A stretch of DNA of 64,000 nucleotides, taken from NCBI GenBank assembly GCA_009914755.4, contig CP068257.2, positions 10,368,001-10,432,000 on the forward strand, read 5' to 3'. The position numbers and the translations under genes are program-made. The notes below the pieces were generated by a model, which was not told the origin of the DNA, searched no databases, and saw only the letters and a program-made list of their open reading frames with translations. Below are positions 12,501 to 28,600 of this stretch, one piece after another (within the stretch, counting starts at the first letter, position 1; every line of letters starts with the position of its first letter). This stretch comes from the human T2T-CHM13v2.0 reference genome, Homo sapiens.

Positions 12501-12742
12501 AAAGGAAAGGTTCAAATCTGTGTGATGAATGCACTCACAACAAAGAAGTTTTTCTGAATGCTTCTGTGTAGTATTTATTTGTTGATATTTCCTTTTCTAC
12601 AATAGGCCTCAAACCGCTCCAAACATTTACTTGCAGATTCCACAAAAAGAGTGTTTCAAAACTGCTCAATCATAAGTTAGGTTCAAACCTGTGATATGAA
12701 TGCACACATCACAAAGAAGTTTCTCAGAATGTTTCAGTGTAG
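9521..12742 (-). repeat. Alpha satellite, reverse orientation, subtype 2, a distinct monomer family
   Basis: From ~9.5 kb the monomers change to ...CTCCAAATATCCACTTGCAGATTCTGCAAAAAGAGAGATTCAAAACTGCTCAATCAAAAGATAGGTTCAACTCTGTGAGTTGAATGCACAC...GAATGCTTCTGTGTAGTTTTTAT(G/T)TGAAGATATTTCCTTTTCCACAATAGGCC. Diagnostic differences from subtype 1 are AAATATCC instead of AAATGTCC, AAGATAGG, GTGAGTTGAATG, and CTGTGTAG instead of CTGTCTAG. The array is interrupted at 12,742 by the L1. Confidence 0.85.
10300..11700 (-). repeat. Local ~680-bp (4-monomer) higher-order periodicity within alpha subtype 2
   Basis: The segment beginning TGAATGCACACCTCACAAAAAAGTTTCTCAGAATGCTTCTGTGTAG at ~10,312 recurs at ~10,992. 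Across the following ~680 bp the two copies align at roughly 90-93% by eye. The adjacent distinctive CCAAAATAGGCCT(C/T)AAAGCCCTCCAAATAG monomer occurs at ~10,550 and ~11,230, 680 bp apart, and again at ~11,740. Ordinary neighbouring monomers are clearly less similar to each other. Confidence 0.6.
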
Positions 12743-12747
12743 TTTTT
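12736..12747. repeat. Target-site duplication, left copy (AGTGTAGTTTTT), paired with 18,775-18,786
   Basis: The left flank reads ...GTTTCAGTGTAG|TTTTT.... The right flank reads, after the L1 5' end, CTCC|AGTGTAGTTTTTATTTGAAG. The two flanks share ~12 bp. In L1 sense the pre-integration site reads ...TCAAAT|AAAAACTACACT..., an A-rich site consistent with the L1 endonuclease preference. Confidence 0.7.
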
Positions 12748-12750
12748 TTT
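12743..12750 (-). other. L1 poly(A) tail, visible as T8 on the + strand
   Basis: A TTTTTTTT run lies immediately before the reverse-complemented L1 3' end ATTATTATTATACTTTAAGTTGTAGGGTACATGTGCACA. Its exact length is ambiguous because the alphoid target itself ends in TTTTT. Confidence 0.75.
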
Positions 12751-12961
12751 ATTATTATTATACTTTAAGTTGTAGGGTACATGTGCACATTGTGCAGGTT
12801 AGTTACATATGTATACATGTGCCATGCTGGTGCGCTGCACCCACTAACTCGTCATCTAGCATTAGGTATATCTCCCAATGCTATCCCTCCCCCCTCCCCC
12901 AACCCCACCACAGTCCCCAGAGTGTGATATTCCCCTTCTTGTGTCCATGTGATCTCATTGT
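12751..12961 (-). other. L1 3'UTR, which includes a C-rich (+) / G-rich (-) polypurine tract at ~12,885-12,919
   Basis: The region matches the L1 3'UTR in reverse complement, ...GGGTACATGTGCACATTGTGCAGGTTAGTTACATATGTATACATGTGCCATGCTGGTGCGCTGCACCCACTAACTCGTCATCTAGCATTAGGTATATCTCCCAATGCTATCCCTCCCCCCTCCCCCAACCCCACCACAGTCCCCAGAGTGTGATATTCCCCTTC. The ORF2 stop codon is adjacent at ~12,962. Confidence 0.85.
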
Positions 12962-16788
<3,827 letters not shown>

Positions 16789-16851
16789 TATGATGTTAGC
16801 TGGTGATTTTGCTCATTAGTTGATGCAGTTTCTTCCTAGTCTCGATGGTCT
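16789..16851 (-). other. L1 inter-ORF spacer (63 bp)
   Basis: Exactly 63 bp lie between the ORF1 stop (the ORF ending at 16,852) and the ORF2 start ATG (MTGSNSHITI..., starting at 16,788). This is the canonical L1 spacer length. Confidence 0.8.
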
Positions 16852-17867
16852 TTACATTTTGGCATGATTTTGCAGCGGCTGGTACCAGTTGTTCCTTTCC
16901 ATGTTTAGCGCTTCCTTCAGGAGCTCTTTTAGGGCAGGCCTGCTGGTCACAAAATCTCTCAGCATTTGCTGGTCTGTAAAGTATTTTATTTCTCCTTTAC
17001 TTATGAAGCTTAGTTTGGCTGGATATGAAATTCTGGGTTGAAAATTATTTTCTTTAAGAATGTTGAATATTGGCCCCCACTCTCTTCTGGCTTGTAGGGT
17101 TTCTGCCGAGAGATCCGCTGTTAGTCTGATGGGCTTCCCTTTGAGGGTAACCCGACCTTTCTCTCTGGCTGCCCTTAACATTTTTTCCTTCATTTCAACT
17201 TTGGTGAATCTGACAATTATGTGTCTTGGAGATGCTCTTCTTGAGGAGTATCTTTTTGGCGTTCTCTGTATTTCATGAATTTGAACGTTGGCCTGCCTTG
17301 CTAGATTGGGGAAGTTCTTCTGGATAATATCCTGCAGAGTGTTTTCCAACTTGGTCCATTCTCCGCATCACTTTCAGGTACACCAATCAGACGTAGATTT
17401 GGTCTTTTCACATAGTCCCATATTTCTTGGAGGCTTTGCTCATTTCTTTTTATCCTTTTTTCTCTAAACTTCCCTTCTCACTTCATTTCATTCATTTCAT
17501 CTTCCATTGCTGATGCCCTTTCTTCCAGTTGATCGCATCGGCTCCTGAGGCTTCTGCATTCTTCACGTAGTTCTCGAGCCTTGGTTTTCAGCTCCATCAG
17601 CTCCTTTAAGCACTTCTCTGTATTGGTTATTCTAGTTATACACTCTTCTAAATTTTTTTCAAAGTTTTCAACTTCTTTGCCTTTGGTTTGAATGTCCTCC
17701 CATAGCTCAGAGTAATTTGATCGTCTGAAGCCTTCTTCTCTCAGCTCATCAAAGTCATTCTCCATCCAGCTTTGTTCCGTTGCTGGTGAGGAACTGCGTT
17801 CCTTTGGAGGAGGAGAGGCGCTCTGCATTTGAGAGTTTCCCGTTTTTCTGTTCTGTTTTTTCCCCAT
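16852..17867 (-). pseudogene. L1 ORF1 (ORF1p RNA-binding chaperone), disrupted
   Basis: The fragment 17478-17867 encodes MGKKQNRKTGNSQMQSASPPPKERSSSPATEQSWMENDFDELREEGF...AMEDEMNEMK*. It terminates at a TGA where L1 has CGA (ATGAATGAAATGAAG|TGA|GAAGGG), i.e. Arg to stop by CpG decay. The second fragment, 16852-17349, encodes (L)ENTLQDIIQKNFPNLARQ...NHAKM* and lies in a different frame. The total span is 1,016 nt against the expected 1,017, owing to a 1-bp deletion at ~17,357 (GAATGGAACC to GAATGGACC). Confidence 0.92.
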
Positions 17868-18774
17868 CTTTGTGGTTTTATCTACTTTTGGTCTTTGATG
17901 ATGGTGATGTACAGATGGGTTTTCGGTGTGAATGTCCTTTCTCTTTGTTAGTTTTCCTTCTAACAGACAGGACCCTCAGCTGCAGGTCTGTTGGAATACC
18001 CTGCCGTGTGTGGTGTCAGTGTGCCCCTGCGGGGGGGTGACTCCCAGTTAGGCTGCTCGGGGTTCAGGGGTCAGGGACCCACTTGAGGAGGCAGTCTGCT
18101 GGTTCTCAGATCTCCAGCTGCGTGCTGGGAGAACCACTGCTCTCTTCAAAGCTGTCAGACAGGGACATTTAAGTCTGCAGAGGTTACTGCTGTCTTTTTG
18201 TTTGTCTGTGCCCTGCCCCCAGAGGTGGAGCCTACAGAGGCAGGCAGGCCTCCTTGAGCTGTGGTGGGCTCCACCCAGTTCGAGCTTCCCAGCTGCTTTG
18301 TTTACCTAAGCAAGCCTGGGCAATGGCGGGCGCCCCTACCCCAGCCTCGCTGCCGCCTTGCAGTTTGATCTCAGACTGCTGTGCTAGCAATCGGCGAGAT
18401 TCTGTGGGCGTAGGACCCTCTGAGCCAGGTGTGGGATATAGTCTCGTGGTGCGCCGTTTTTTAAGCCGGTCTGAAAAGCGCAATATTCGGGTGGGAGTGA
18501 CCCGATTTTCCAGGTGCGTCCGTCACCCCTTTCTTTGACTCGGAAAGGGAACTCCCTGACCCCTTGCACTTGCCGAGTGAGGCAGTGCCTCACCCTGCTT
18601 CGGCTCATGAACTGTGCACTGCACCCACTGTCCTGCATCTGCTGTCTGGCACTCCCTAGTGAGATGAACCCAGTACCTCAGATGGAAATGCAGAAATCAC
18701 CCGTCTTCTGCGTCTCTCACGCTGGGAGCTGTAGACTGGAGCTGTTCCTATTCAGCCATCTTGGCTCCTCCTCC
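17868..18774 (-). promoter_or_regulatory. L1 5'UTR with internal RNA pol II promoter; the start is complete with no 5' truncation
   Basis: The region is ~907 bp and collinear with the L1HS/L1PA 5'UTR. The extreme 5' end is GGAGGAGGAGCCAAGATGGCTGAATAGGAACAGCTCC. The YY1-type core AAGATGGC is retained, while the neighbouring CpG has decayed (CCGAATAGG to CTGAATAGG). Internal differences from L1HS, for example ...GCTTCGGCTCATGAACTGTGCACTGCACCCACTGTCCTGCATCTGCTGTCTGGCACTCCC..., suggest L1PA2-PA5 rather than L1HS. Confidence 0.8.
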
Positions 18775-18786
18775 AGTGTAGTTTTT
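18775..18786. repeat. Target-site duplication, right copy (AGTGTAGTTTTT)
   Basis: It lies directly 3' of the reverse-complemented L1 5' terminus, ...CATCTTGGCTCCTCCTCC, and matches the left copy at 12,736-12,747. The alphoid monomer sequence continues seamlessly after it (ATTTGAAGAAGATATTTCC). Confidence 0.7.
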
Positions 18787-19680
18787 ATTTGAAGAAGATA
18801 TTTCCTTTTCCACAACAGGCCTCAAAGCTCTCCAAATATCCACTTGCTGGTTCTGCAAAAAGAGTGCTTCAGAACTGCTCAATAAAAATAAAGGTTCAAC
18901 TCTGTGTGATGAATGCACTCATCACAAACAAGTTTCTCAGAATGCTTCCACGTAGTTTTAATGTGAAGGTATTTCCTTTTCCACAATAGGCCCCACACTC
19001 TACAAATATCCACTAGGTCATTCTTCAAAAAGGATGTTTCAAAACTGCTCAATAAAAAAAAAGGTTCAACTCCGTGTGAGGAATGTATTCATCACAAAGA
19101 AGTTTCTCTGAATGCTTCTGTGTAGTTTTTATATGAAGATATTTCCTTTTACACAATAGGGCACAAAGGGCTCCAAATATCCCCTTACAGATTCTACAAA
19201 AAGAGAGATTCAAAACTGCTCAGTCAAAAGATAGGTTCATCTCTGTGAGTTGAATGCACACATCACAATGAAGTTTCTCAGAATGCTTCTGGGATAGTTT
19301 TTATTTGAGGATATTTCCTTTTACACAATAGGCCTCAAAACTCTCCAAATATCCAATTGGTCTTTCTGCAAAAAGGGTGTTTCAAAACTGCTCAATAAAA
19401 AGAAAGGTTCAACTCTGTGTGAGGAATGCATTCATCACAAAGAAGTTTCTCTGAATGGTTCTGTGTAGTTTTTATTTGAAGATATTTCCTATTCCACCAT
19501 AGGGCACAAAGGGCTCAAAATATCCACTTGCAGATTCTACAAAAAGAGAGATTCAAAAGTGCTCAGTGACAAGATAAGTTCAACTCTGTGAGTTGAATGC
19601 ACAACTCATGAAGAAGTTTCTCAGAATGCTTCTGTGTAGTTTTTATGTGAAGATATTTCCTTTTCCAAAATAGGCCTCAA
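18775..19680 (-). repeat. Alpha satellite, subtype 2 continuing after the L1; ends abruptly at the HSat junction
   Basis: About 5.3 monomers are present, ...TAGTTTTTATTTGAAGAAGATATTTCCTTTTCCACAACAGGCCTCAAAGCTCTCCAAATATCCACTTGCTGGTTCTGCAAAAAGAGTGCTTCAGAACTGCTCAATAAAAATAAAGGTTCAACTCTGTGTGATGAATGCACTCATCAC.... They are the same family as 9.5-12.7 kb. The last monomer is truncated at ...TTCCAAAATAGGCCTCAA|CAGAATGGAATGGAAT. Confidence 0.9.
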
Positions 19681-22600
19681 CAGAATGGAATGGAATAGAA
19701 AGAATTGGAGTGGACTAGAATGGATGGACCCAAAGGGAATGGAATCGAATGCAATATAATTGAATGGATTAGAATCAACCAGAATCGAATGGAATCAAAT
19801 GGAATGTGGCAAACTGGATTGGAGCAAAGTGGAATGGAGTGGAATGGAATGGAGTGGAATGGAATAGAGTAGAGTGTATTGGAGTGGCGGCGAATGGAAT
19901 GGAATGGTAAGGAATGGAATTGAAAGGAGTGCAGTGGAGCGGAGTGGAGTGGAATGTAATGGAATGGATGGAATGGAGTGGAGTGGAGAGGAGAGGTGTG
20001 GAGGGGAGTGGAATGGAATAGAATGGAATTGAATAAAATGGACTCATATGAAATGAACTGGTATAGAATGGACTGGAATGGAAAGGACTTAAATGGAATG
20101 CACTCAAATAGAATGGACGCTAATGGAATGGAATCAAATATAATGGAATGGAATGGAATCGAATGGAATGGAATGGCTTCGAATGGAATGAGATCAAATG
20201 GAATAGTAGCGAATGGAATCGCATGGAATGGAATTGAATGGAATGGAATGAAATGGCATCGAATGGAATCGAATGGAATGCAGTGAATTGGAGAGGAGTG
20301 AAGTGGAATGGAGTGGAATAGAATAGGGTGGAATGGAATTGAATGTAATGGAGAGGAGTGGAGTGGAATGGAGTGGAATGAAATGGAATGGGAAGGAATG
20401 GTATTGAACGGAGGGGACTGGAGTAGAGTGGAGTGGAATGGAATGCAATGGAATGGAATGGAATGGAATGGAATGCAATTGAGTAAAATGGAATGGAAAA
20501 GATAGGAACGGAATGGTCTGGAGTGGGTTAGGATGGTGTGGAGTGAAGTGGAATGGAATGGAGTGGAATGGAATGGAATGGAGTGGAGTAGAGTGGAAAG
20601 GAGTGGAGTGGAGTGGAATGGAATAGAATGCAATGGAATGGAAAGGTATGGACTCTAATGGAATGAAGTGGGATGGAGTGGACTCGAATAGAATGGACTG
20701 GAATGGAACAGACATGAATGGAATGGACTCGAATGGAATGGAATCAAACATAATGTAATGGAATGGAATCGAATCAAATAGAATGGAATGGAATCATATG
20801 GAAGTGAATAAAATTTAATGTGATGTAATGAAAAGGAATAGAATGGAAAGGAATCAAATCGAAAGTGATTGAATGGAATAGAATCGAATGGAATGGAATC
20901 GAATTGAATGGAATCGAATGTCATCAAATGAAATCAAAAGGAATATGGTAAAGTGGAGAGGAGGGGAGTGGAATGGAGTTGAAGGGAATTTGGTGGAATG
21001 GAATTGAATGTGGTGGTGTGGAGTGGAGTGGAATGGAGTGGAATGTAATGGAATGGGAAGGATAGGAACTGAATGGAGTGGAGTGGAGTGGAGTGGAGTG
21101 GAATGGATTGCAATGGAATGGAATGGATAGTAAAGGAATGGACACGAATGGAATGGAAGGGACTTGAATGGAATGGACTGGAATAGAATGGACTGGAATG
21201 GAATGGACACGAATGGAATGGACTGGAATGGAATGGACTGGACTGGAATGGAATGGACACGAATGGAATGGACTGGAATGGAATGGACTCGAACGGAATG
21301 GAATCGAACAGAGTGGAATAGAATGCAATGAAATAGAATGCAATGGAATCGGATGAAATGGAATCAATCGGAATGGAATCGAATGACATCAAATGGAATT
21401 GAATGGAATGTGGTATAGTGGAGTGCAGTGGAGTGGAATGGAGTTGAATGGAATGCGGGTAATGTAATTGAATGTAGTGGAGTAGAGTGGAATAGAGTGG
21501 AATGGAAAGGAATGGGAAGTAACGAAATTGAATCGAGTGGAGTGGACTGGACTGGAGTTAAATGCAATGGAGTGGAATGGAATGGAGGAGAGTGGAGTGG
21601 AATGGAGTGGAATGGAGTGGAGTGGAGTGGAGTGCAACGGAAAGGCATGGAATGGAATGGAATGGAATGGAATGTACTCAAATGGAATGGAATAAAGTGG
21701 AATGGAATAGAATGTAATGGAATCGAATTGAATGTAATGGAATGGAATAGAATGGAATGGAATAGAATGGAATGGAATGAAATCAAATGGAATTTGGTGA
21801 ATTGGAGTGGAGTGGATTGGAAAGGAGAGGAATGGAATGTGTGGAATGGAATTGAATAGAGTGGAGTGGAGTGGAGTGGAATGGAGTTGAATGGTATGGA
21901 ATGAGAAGGAATGGAATTGAACGTAGTGGATTGGAGTGGAAAGCAATAGAATGGAATTGAATGGAGTGGAGTGGAGTGCCGAGGAGTAGAGTGGAATGCA
22001 ATGGAATGGAATGGAATTGAGTGGAAAGGAAAGGAATGGAATGGAATTTAGTGGAGTGGAATGGAATGGAATGGAATGGAAAGGAATGGAATGGAATGGA
22101 ATCGAATAGAATGTAATAGAATGGAATTGAATCAAATCAAATGGAATCGAATGGAATTCGGTGAAGTGAAGTGCAGTGGAGTGGAAAGGATGGGAATGCA
22201 GTGGGGTGGAATGGATTTGAATGGATTGTAGTGGACTGGTGTAGAATGGAAGGGAATTGAATGGAATGGGAGGGAATGGAATTGAACGGTGTGGAGTGGA
22301 TTGGAGTGGAGTGGAAAGTAGCAGAATGCAGTAGAGTGGTGTGTAATGTAAATGAATGCAATGGAGTGGAGTGGAGTGGAATGTCGTGGAATGGAGTGGA
22401 GTAGAAAGGAATGGAATGGAATGGAATGGAATGGAATGGAATGGAATGGAACGGAATGGAATTCAATGGAATGGGACAGAATGGAATTGAACAAAGTGGA
22501 GTGTAGTGGAGTGGAGCAGAGTGGAATGCAAAGTAATAGAATGTAATGGAATGGAATGGAATGGAATGGAATGCAATAAATTGGAATGGACTTGAATGGA

Positions 22601-25600
22601 ATGGAAACGAATGGAATGGAATCAAATGGAATGGAACCGAATGGGATGGAATCAAATGGAATGGAATTGAATGGAATGGCATCGAATGGAATGGAATCGA
22701 ATGGAAAGGAATTGAATGGAATGGTATTGAATGGAATGGAAAGAAATGGAATGGAATGGAAACAAACGGTATGGTATCGAATGTAATGGAATCGAATGGC
22801 ACCAAATGGAATTGAAAGGAATGCGGTGAAGTGGAGTAAAGTGGGTTGAAATGGAGTGGAATGGAATGTGGAGGAATGGAATTGAATGGAGTGGAGTCGA
22901 GTTGAGGGGAATGAAGTGGAATGGAAAGGAATAGGAATGATTGGAATTGAAAGGAGTGGAGTGGAGTGGAATGCAATGGAATGGAATTGAGTGAAGTGGA
23001 GTCTAGTGAAGTGGAGTGTATTGGGATGGACAGGAGTGGAGTGGAGTGGAGTGCAATGGAATGGAATGAAATGGAATGGACTTGAATGGAATGGACTGGA
23101 GGGGAATGGACTGGAATGGAATAGAATCGAATGGAATGGACTCAAATGGATTGGAATCGAATGGAATGGAACGGAGTAGAATGGAATGGAACGGAATAGA
23201 GTGGAATAGAACAGAATGGATTCGAATGGAATGGACACGAATGGAATGGAATGGAATGGAATGGAATGGAATGGAATGGAATGGAATGGAATGCAATGGA
23301 ATGCAATGGAAAGGAATCGAATGGAATGGAATTGATTGGAATGTAATTGAATGGAATCAAATCCAATGGCATTGAATGGAATAGAATGGAATGCAGTGAA
23401 GTCAACTGGAGTGGAGTGGAATACAGTGGAATGGAATTGAATGGATTGGAGTGGAGTGGATTGGCATGGAGTGGAATGGAATGGAATGGGAAGAAATGGA
23501 ATTGAATGGAGTGGAGAGGATTGGAGAGGAGTGGAATGCAATGCAATGGAAAGGAATGGAATGAAGTGGAGTGCAGTGGACTACACTGGAGTGGAGTTGA
23601 ATTGAATGAAGTGGAGTGGAGTGGAATGGAATGGTGTGAAGTGGAATGGAATGGAATGGAATGGAATGAACTGGAATGGAATGGACTGGAATTGAATGGA
23701 CTCGAATGGAATGGACTGGAATGGAATGGACTCAACTGGAATGGTCTGGAATGTAATGGACTCAAATGGAGTGGAATCGGATGGAATGGAATCAAATGAA
23801 AAGGAATCGAATGGAATGGCATCGAATGCAATGGAATCAAATGGCAAAGAATGGCATCAAATGGGAACGAATAGAATGCGGTGAGGCAGAGTGGAGTGGA
23901 ATTGAGTGGAGTGGAATTGAGTGGAATGGAATGGGTTCGAACGGAACTGAATGGAGTAGCTTGGAATGTAGTGGAATAGAGTGGAATGGAATAGAATGGG
24001 AAGGAATGGTATTGAAAGGAGTGGAGTGGAGTGGAATGGAGTAGAAAGGAATGCAATGGAATGGAATGGAGTGGAGTGGAGTGGAGTGGAATGGAGATGA
24101 GTGGAGTGGAATGGAAGGGAATGGAATGGAAGGGAATGGAATGGTAAGGAATGGAGTGTAGCGGAGTGAAATGGAATGCAATGTAATAGAATGGAATACA
24201 ATGGAATGGAATGGAATGGAATGAACTTGAAAGAAACGGAGTGGGATGGAATGGAATGGAATGGAATGGGCTTGAATGAAATGGGCTCGAATGGAAGGGA
24301 TTCGAATGGAATGGAACCAAAAGGAATGAAATCAAATGGAATGGAATTGAATGCAATGTAATCAAATGGCATTGAAAGGAATTGAATGGACTTAGTGAAT
24401 GGGAGTTAAAGGGAGTGGAATGGAAAGACGTGGAAAGGGATGTAATGGAGTGAAGTGGAGTGGAGTGCATTGGAGTGGAACAGAATGGAATGGACAGGAG
24501 TAGATTTGAGTGGAGTGGAGAGGAATGCAGTGGAATGGAACAGAAAGGAATGGAATGGAGTGGAGTGAAGTGGAACAAAATGGAATGGAATGGAATGGAA
24601 AGCAGGGACATGTAATGGATTGGATTGGAATGGCCTGGAATGGAATGGAGTCAAGTGGAATGGACTTGAATGGCACGTACTCGAATTCAGTGGACTCCAA
24701 AGGAATGGACTCAAATGGAATGGACTGGAAGGGAATATATATGAATTGAATGGACTCGAATGGAATAGAGTGGAATGGAATGAAATCAAATGGAGTGGAA
24801 TCAGAAGGAATGGAATCGGATGGAAAGGAATGTAATGGAATGAAATGGAATTTGGAATGGAATGGAATGGAATGGAATGGAATGGAATGGAATGGAATGG
24901 AATCGAATGGAATGGAATCAAATGCAATGGAATAGAATGGCAACAAATGGCATTGAATGGGATCGAACAGAGTGCGGTGAGCTGGAGTGGAGTGGAATGG
25001 AATTGAGTGGAATGGAATGGGTTGGAACAAAACTGAATGGAGTAGCTTGGATTCTAGTGGAATGGAGTGGAATGGAATGGAATGGGGAAGAAGGGAATTG
25101 AACGGAGTGGAGTGGAGTGGAATGGAGTGGAATGGAATGCAATGGAATGGAATGGAGTGGAATGGAGTGGAGTGGAGCAGAGCAGAGAGGAGTGGAGTGG
25201 AGTGAAGTGGAGTGGAGTTGAGTGGAGTGGAATGGAACGGAATGGAATGGAAGCGAATGGAATGGTATGGAAAGGAGTGTAGTGGAGTGGAACGGAATGG
25301 AGTCATGTGGAGTGGAATGGAATGCAATGGAATAGAAAGGAATAAAATGGAATGGACTCGAATAGAATGGACTTGGTTGAAACGGAGTGGGATGGAATGG
25401 ACTGGAATGGAATGGGCTTGAATGGAAAGGGATCGAATGGAATGGATTCAAATGAAATAGAATCGAACGGAATGAAATCGAATGGAATGGAATTGAATGC
25501 AATATAATCGATTGACATCTAATGGAATCAAATGGACTTAGTCGAGTTAATTGGAGTGGAAAAGAGTGCAATGGAATGGGGTGGAAAGGAATTTAATGGA

Positions 25601-28600
25601 GTGAATTGGAGTGGAGTGGAATGGAGTGGAATGGAATGGAAGGGGAAGAATGGAATTGATTGGAGTAGAGTTGAGTAGAGTGGATTGGAGACGAATGCAG
25701 TAGAATGGAATGGAAAGGAATGGAGTGGAGTGGAGTAGAGTGGAAAGGATTGGAATGAAATGGAATGGAAAGCTGTAGCATTGAAAGGATTGGAATGGAA
25801 TGTACTGGAATGGAATGGAATCAAGTGGAATGGGCTCGAATGGCACGTACTCAAATTGAGAGGACTCGAAAGGAATGGACTCAAATGGAATGGAATCGAA
25901 TGTAATAGTCACGAATTGCATGGAAATGTATGGATAGGAATCGAATTGAAAGGCATCAAATGGAATGAAATCGAATGGAATGGAATCTAACGGATTGGAA
26001 TCAAATGGAATGGAATCTAATGGAATGGAATGTAACGGAATGGAATCGAGTGGAATATAATCGAATGGAATATAATAAAATGGCACCGAATGGAATCAAA
26101 CGGAATGCGGTGAAGTGGAGTGGAATGGAGTGGAATAGAGTGGAATGGAATGGTGTTCAATGGAATTGAATGGAGAGGAGTGGAGTAGAAGGCAGTGGAT
26201 TGGAATTAAATGGGAAGGAATGGAATTGAACAGAATGGAGTGGAGTGGAACGCAATGGAATGGAATGGAGTGTAGTGGACTGGAGTTGAGTGGAGTGGAG
26301 TAGAGTTGAATGGAAAGAAGTGGAATGGAATGGAATGAAGTGGAATGGAGTGGAGTGGATAAATTGCAATGGAATGCAATGCAGTGGAAAGGAATGGAGG
26401 GGATTGGAGTTGACTGGAGGGGAGTGGAATGGAATGGAGTCGAGTGGAATGGAATGGAGTGGATTGGAATGGAATGGAGGGGAATGGAATGGAATGGAAT
26501 GGAATGGAGTGGAGTGGAATAGAATGGAATGGAATGGAGTGGATTGGAATAGAATAGAATGGAATGGAGTGGAATGGAATGGGTTGGAAAGGAATGGAAT
26601 GGAACGGAATGGACAGGAGTGTAGAAAAGTGGAGTGGAGTGGAATTGAATGGAGTGGAGTGGAGTGGAATGGAATGGAATACTATGGAACGGACCGGAAG
26701 GGAATGGACCCGAATGGAATGGACTTGAATGGAATGGATTCGAATGCAATGGACTCGAATAGAAAGGAATTGAATTAAATGGAATCGAAAGGAATGGAAT
26801 CAAATGGTATCTAATATATAGGAATGGAATGTGGTGAAGTGGAGTGGAGTAGACTCGAATGGAGAGGAATGGAATGGTGTGGAATTGTATTGAATAAAGT
26901 GGAGTGCAGTGGAGTGGAATGGGGTGGAATGGAGTGGAATGGGAAGGAATGGAATCAGAAGGAAGGGAATGGAATGGAGTGGAGTGGATTGGAATGCAAT
27001 GGAATGGAATGGATTGGAGTGGAGTGGAGTGGAATGGAATGGAGTGGCATGGAATAGAATGGAATGGAATGGAAAGCACTGGAGTGGAGTGGAGTGGAAT
27101 GGAGTGGAATGGAAAGGAATGGGAAGGAATGGAATTGAATGGAGTGGAGTGGAGTGGAGTGCAATGGAATGGAATGGAATGAATTGCAGGGGATTGGAGT
27201 GGAGTGCAATGGAATGGAGTGGAGTGGAGTAGGTTGGAGTGGAGTGGAGTTTAATGGAATGGAATGGAGTGGAATGGAATGGAATGGTTTCGAATGGAAC
27301 TAAATTGAATGGTTTGGAAAAGAATGGGAAGGAATCAAATGGAATGGAATCGCATAGAATGGAATCAAATGTAACGCAATTGAATGGAACGGAATGAAAT
27401 GGAATTGAATTGAATGAAATGGAATCAAATCGAATGGAATGAAATGGCATCGAATTGAATCGAATGGAATGTGGTGAAGTGGAGTGGAGTGGAACGGAGT
27501 GGAATGGAATGGGGTGGAATGGAATTGAATGGAGTGGAGTGGAGTGGAAAGCAATGGAATGGAATGGAATGGAATGGTGTGGATTGAATTGGAGTGTAGT
27601 GGAGTGTATTGGAGTGGAATGGAGAGGAATGGAGGGGAAGGGAGTGGAATGGAATGCAGTCGAGTGGGATGGAATGGAATGGAGTGGAATGGAATGGATT
27701 GGAGAGGAAAGGAATGGCATAGAATGGAATGAGGTGGAAACGAATGGAATTTAAGGGAGTGTAGTGGAGTGGAGTTGAGAGGAATGCTATGGAATGGAAT
27801 GGAATGGAGTGGAGTGGAGAGGATTGGAGTGGACTGGAGTGGAATGGAGTGGAGTGGAGTGGAGAGGAGTGGAGTGGAATGACATGAAATAGAATGGAGG
27901 GCAGTGGAAAGGATTTGAAAGGAGTGGAGGGGAATGGAATTTAATTGAACGTGTTGAAGTGGAGTGGAGTGGAGTGGAATGCAATGGAATGGAATTGAAT
28001 GAGGTCGAGTGGAGTGGAGTAGAGTGGAATGGAATGGAAAGGAATGGATATGAATGGAATCGAATGGGATCTATTGGAATCGAATGGAATGCGGCAAAGT
28101 GGAGTGGAGTGGAATGGAGTGGAATGTAATTTGGTGGAATGAAATTGAATGGAGTGGAGTGGAGTGGATTGGAATGCAGTGGAATGGAATGGAATGGAAT
28201 AGAAAGGAATGGAGTGCAATTGAATCGAATGCAATGGAATGGAATGCAATGCAGTGCAGTGGAGTGCAGTTTAGTGGAGTGGAGTAGAATGGAGTGGAAT
28301 GGAATGGAATGAAATGGAGTGGAATGGAATGGAATGGAGTCAAATCGAATTGAATCGAATGGAATGGAATCAAACGGTATGGAATGGAACGGAATGGAGT
28401 CGAAAGGCATCAAATGGAATCGAATGGAATGCGATGAAGTGGATTGGAGTGGAGTGAAAGGCAGTGGAATGGAACTGAGTGGAGTGGAGTGGAATGGATT
28501 GAAATGGAATGGAATGGGAAGGAATGGAATTGAACGGACTGGAGTGGAAAGGAGAGGAATGCGATGAAATGGAATGGAATGGAATGTAGTAGAGGGGAGT

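Noticed and set aside
1-12742. ORFs of 60-140 aa in the alphoid region, for example 11671-12093 (+, 140 aa), 1111-1449 (-, 112 aa) and 9050-9364 (+, 104 aa).
   Set aside because: The translations repeat with the 171-bp monomer period, for example ...ITKKFLRLLLSRFYVKIFPFP... recurring. They are repeat-derived, not genes.
1-12742. A possible CRISPR array, given regularly spaced ~171-bp direct repeats.
   Set aside because: The repeats are contiguous, with no unique spacers between them, and they are 70-95% rather than ~100% identical. They match the primate alpha-satellite consensus. No leader or cas genes are present, and the surrounding sequence is L1 and HSat3. It is a eukaryotic satellite.
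17780-18792. Short ORFs (62-94 aa) on both strands within the L1 5'UTR, for example 18254-18538 (+), 18384-18638 (-) and 18514-18792 (+).
   Set aside because: They lie in the GC-rich L1 5'UTR, which is known to be non-coding apart from the antisense ORF0 region in some elements. No ORF0-like Met context is identifiable here, so there is no support for coding.
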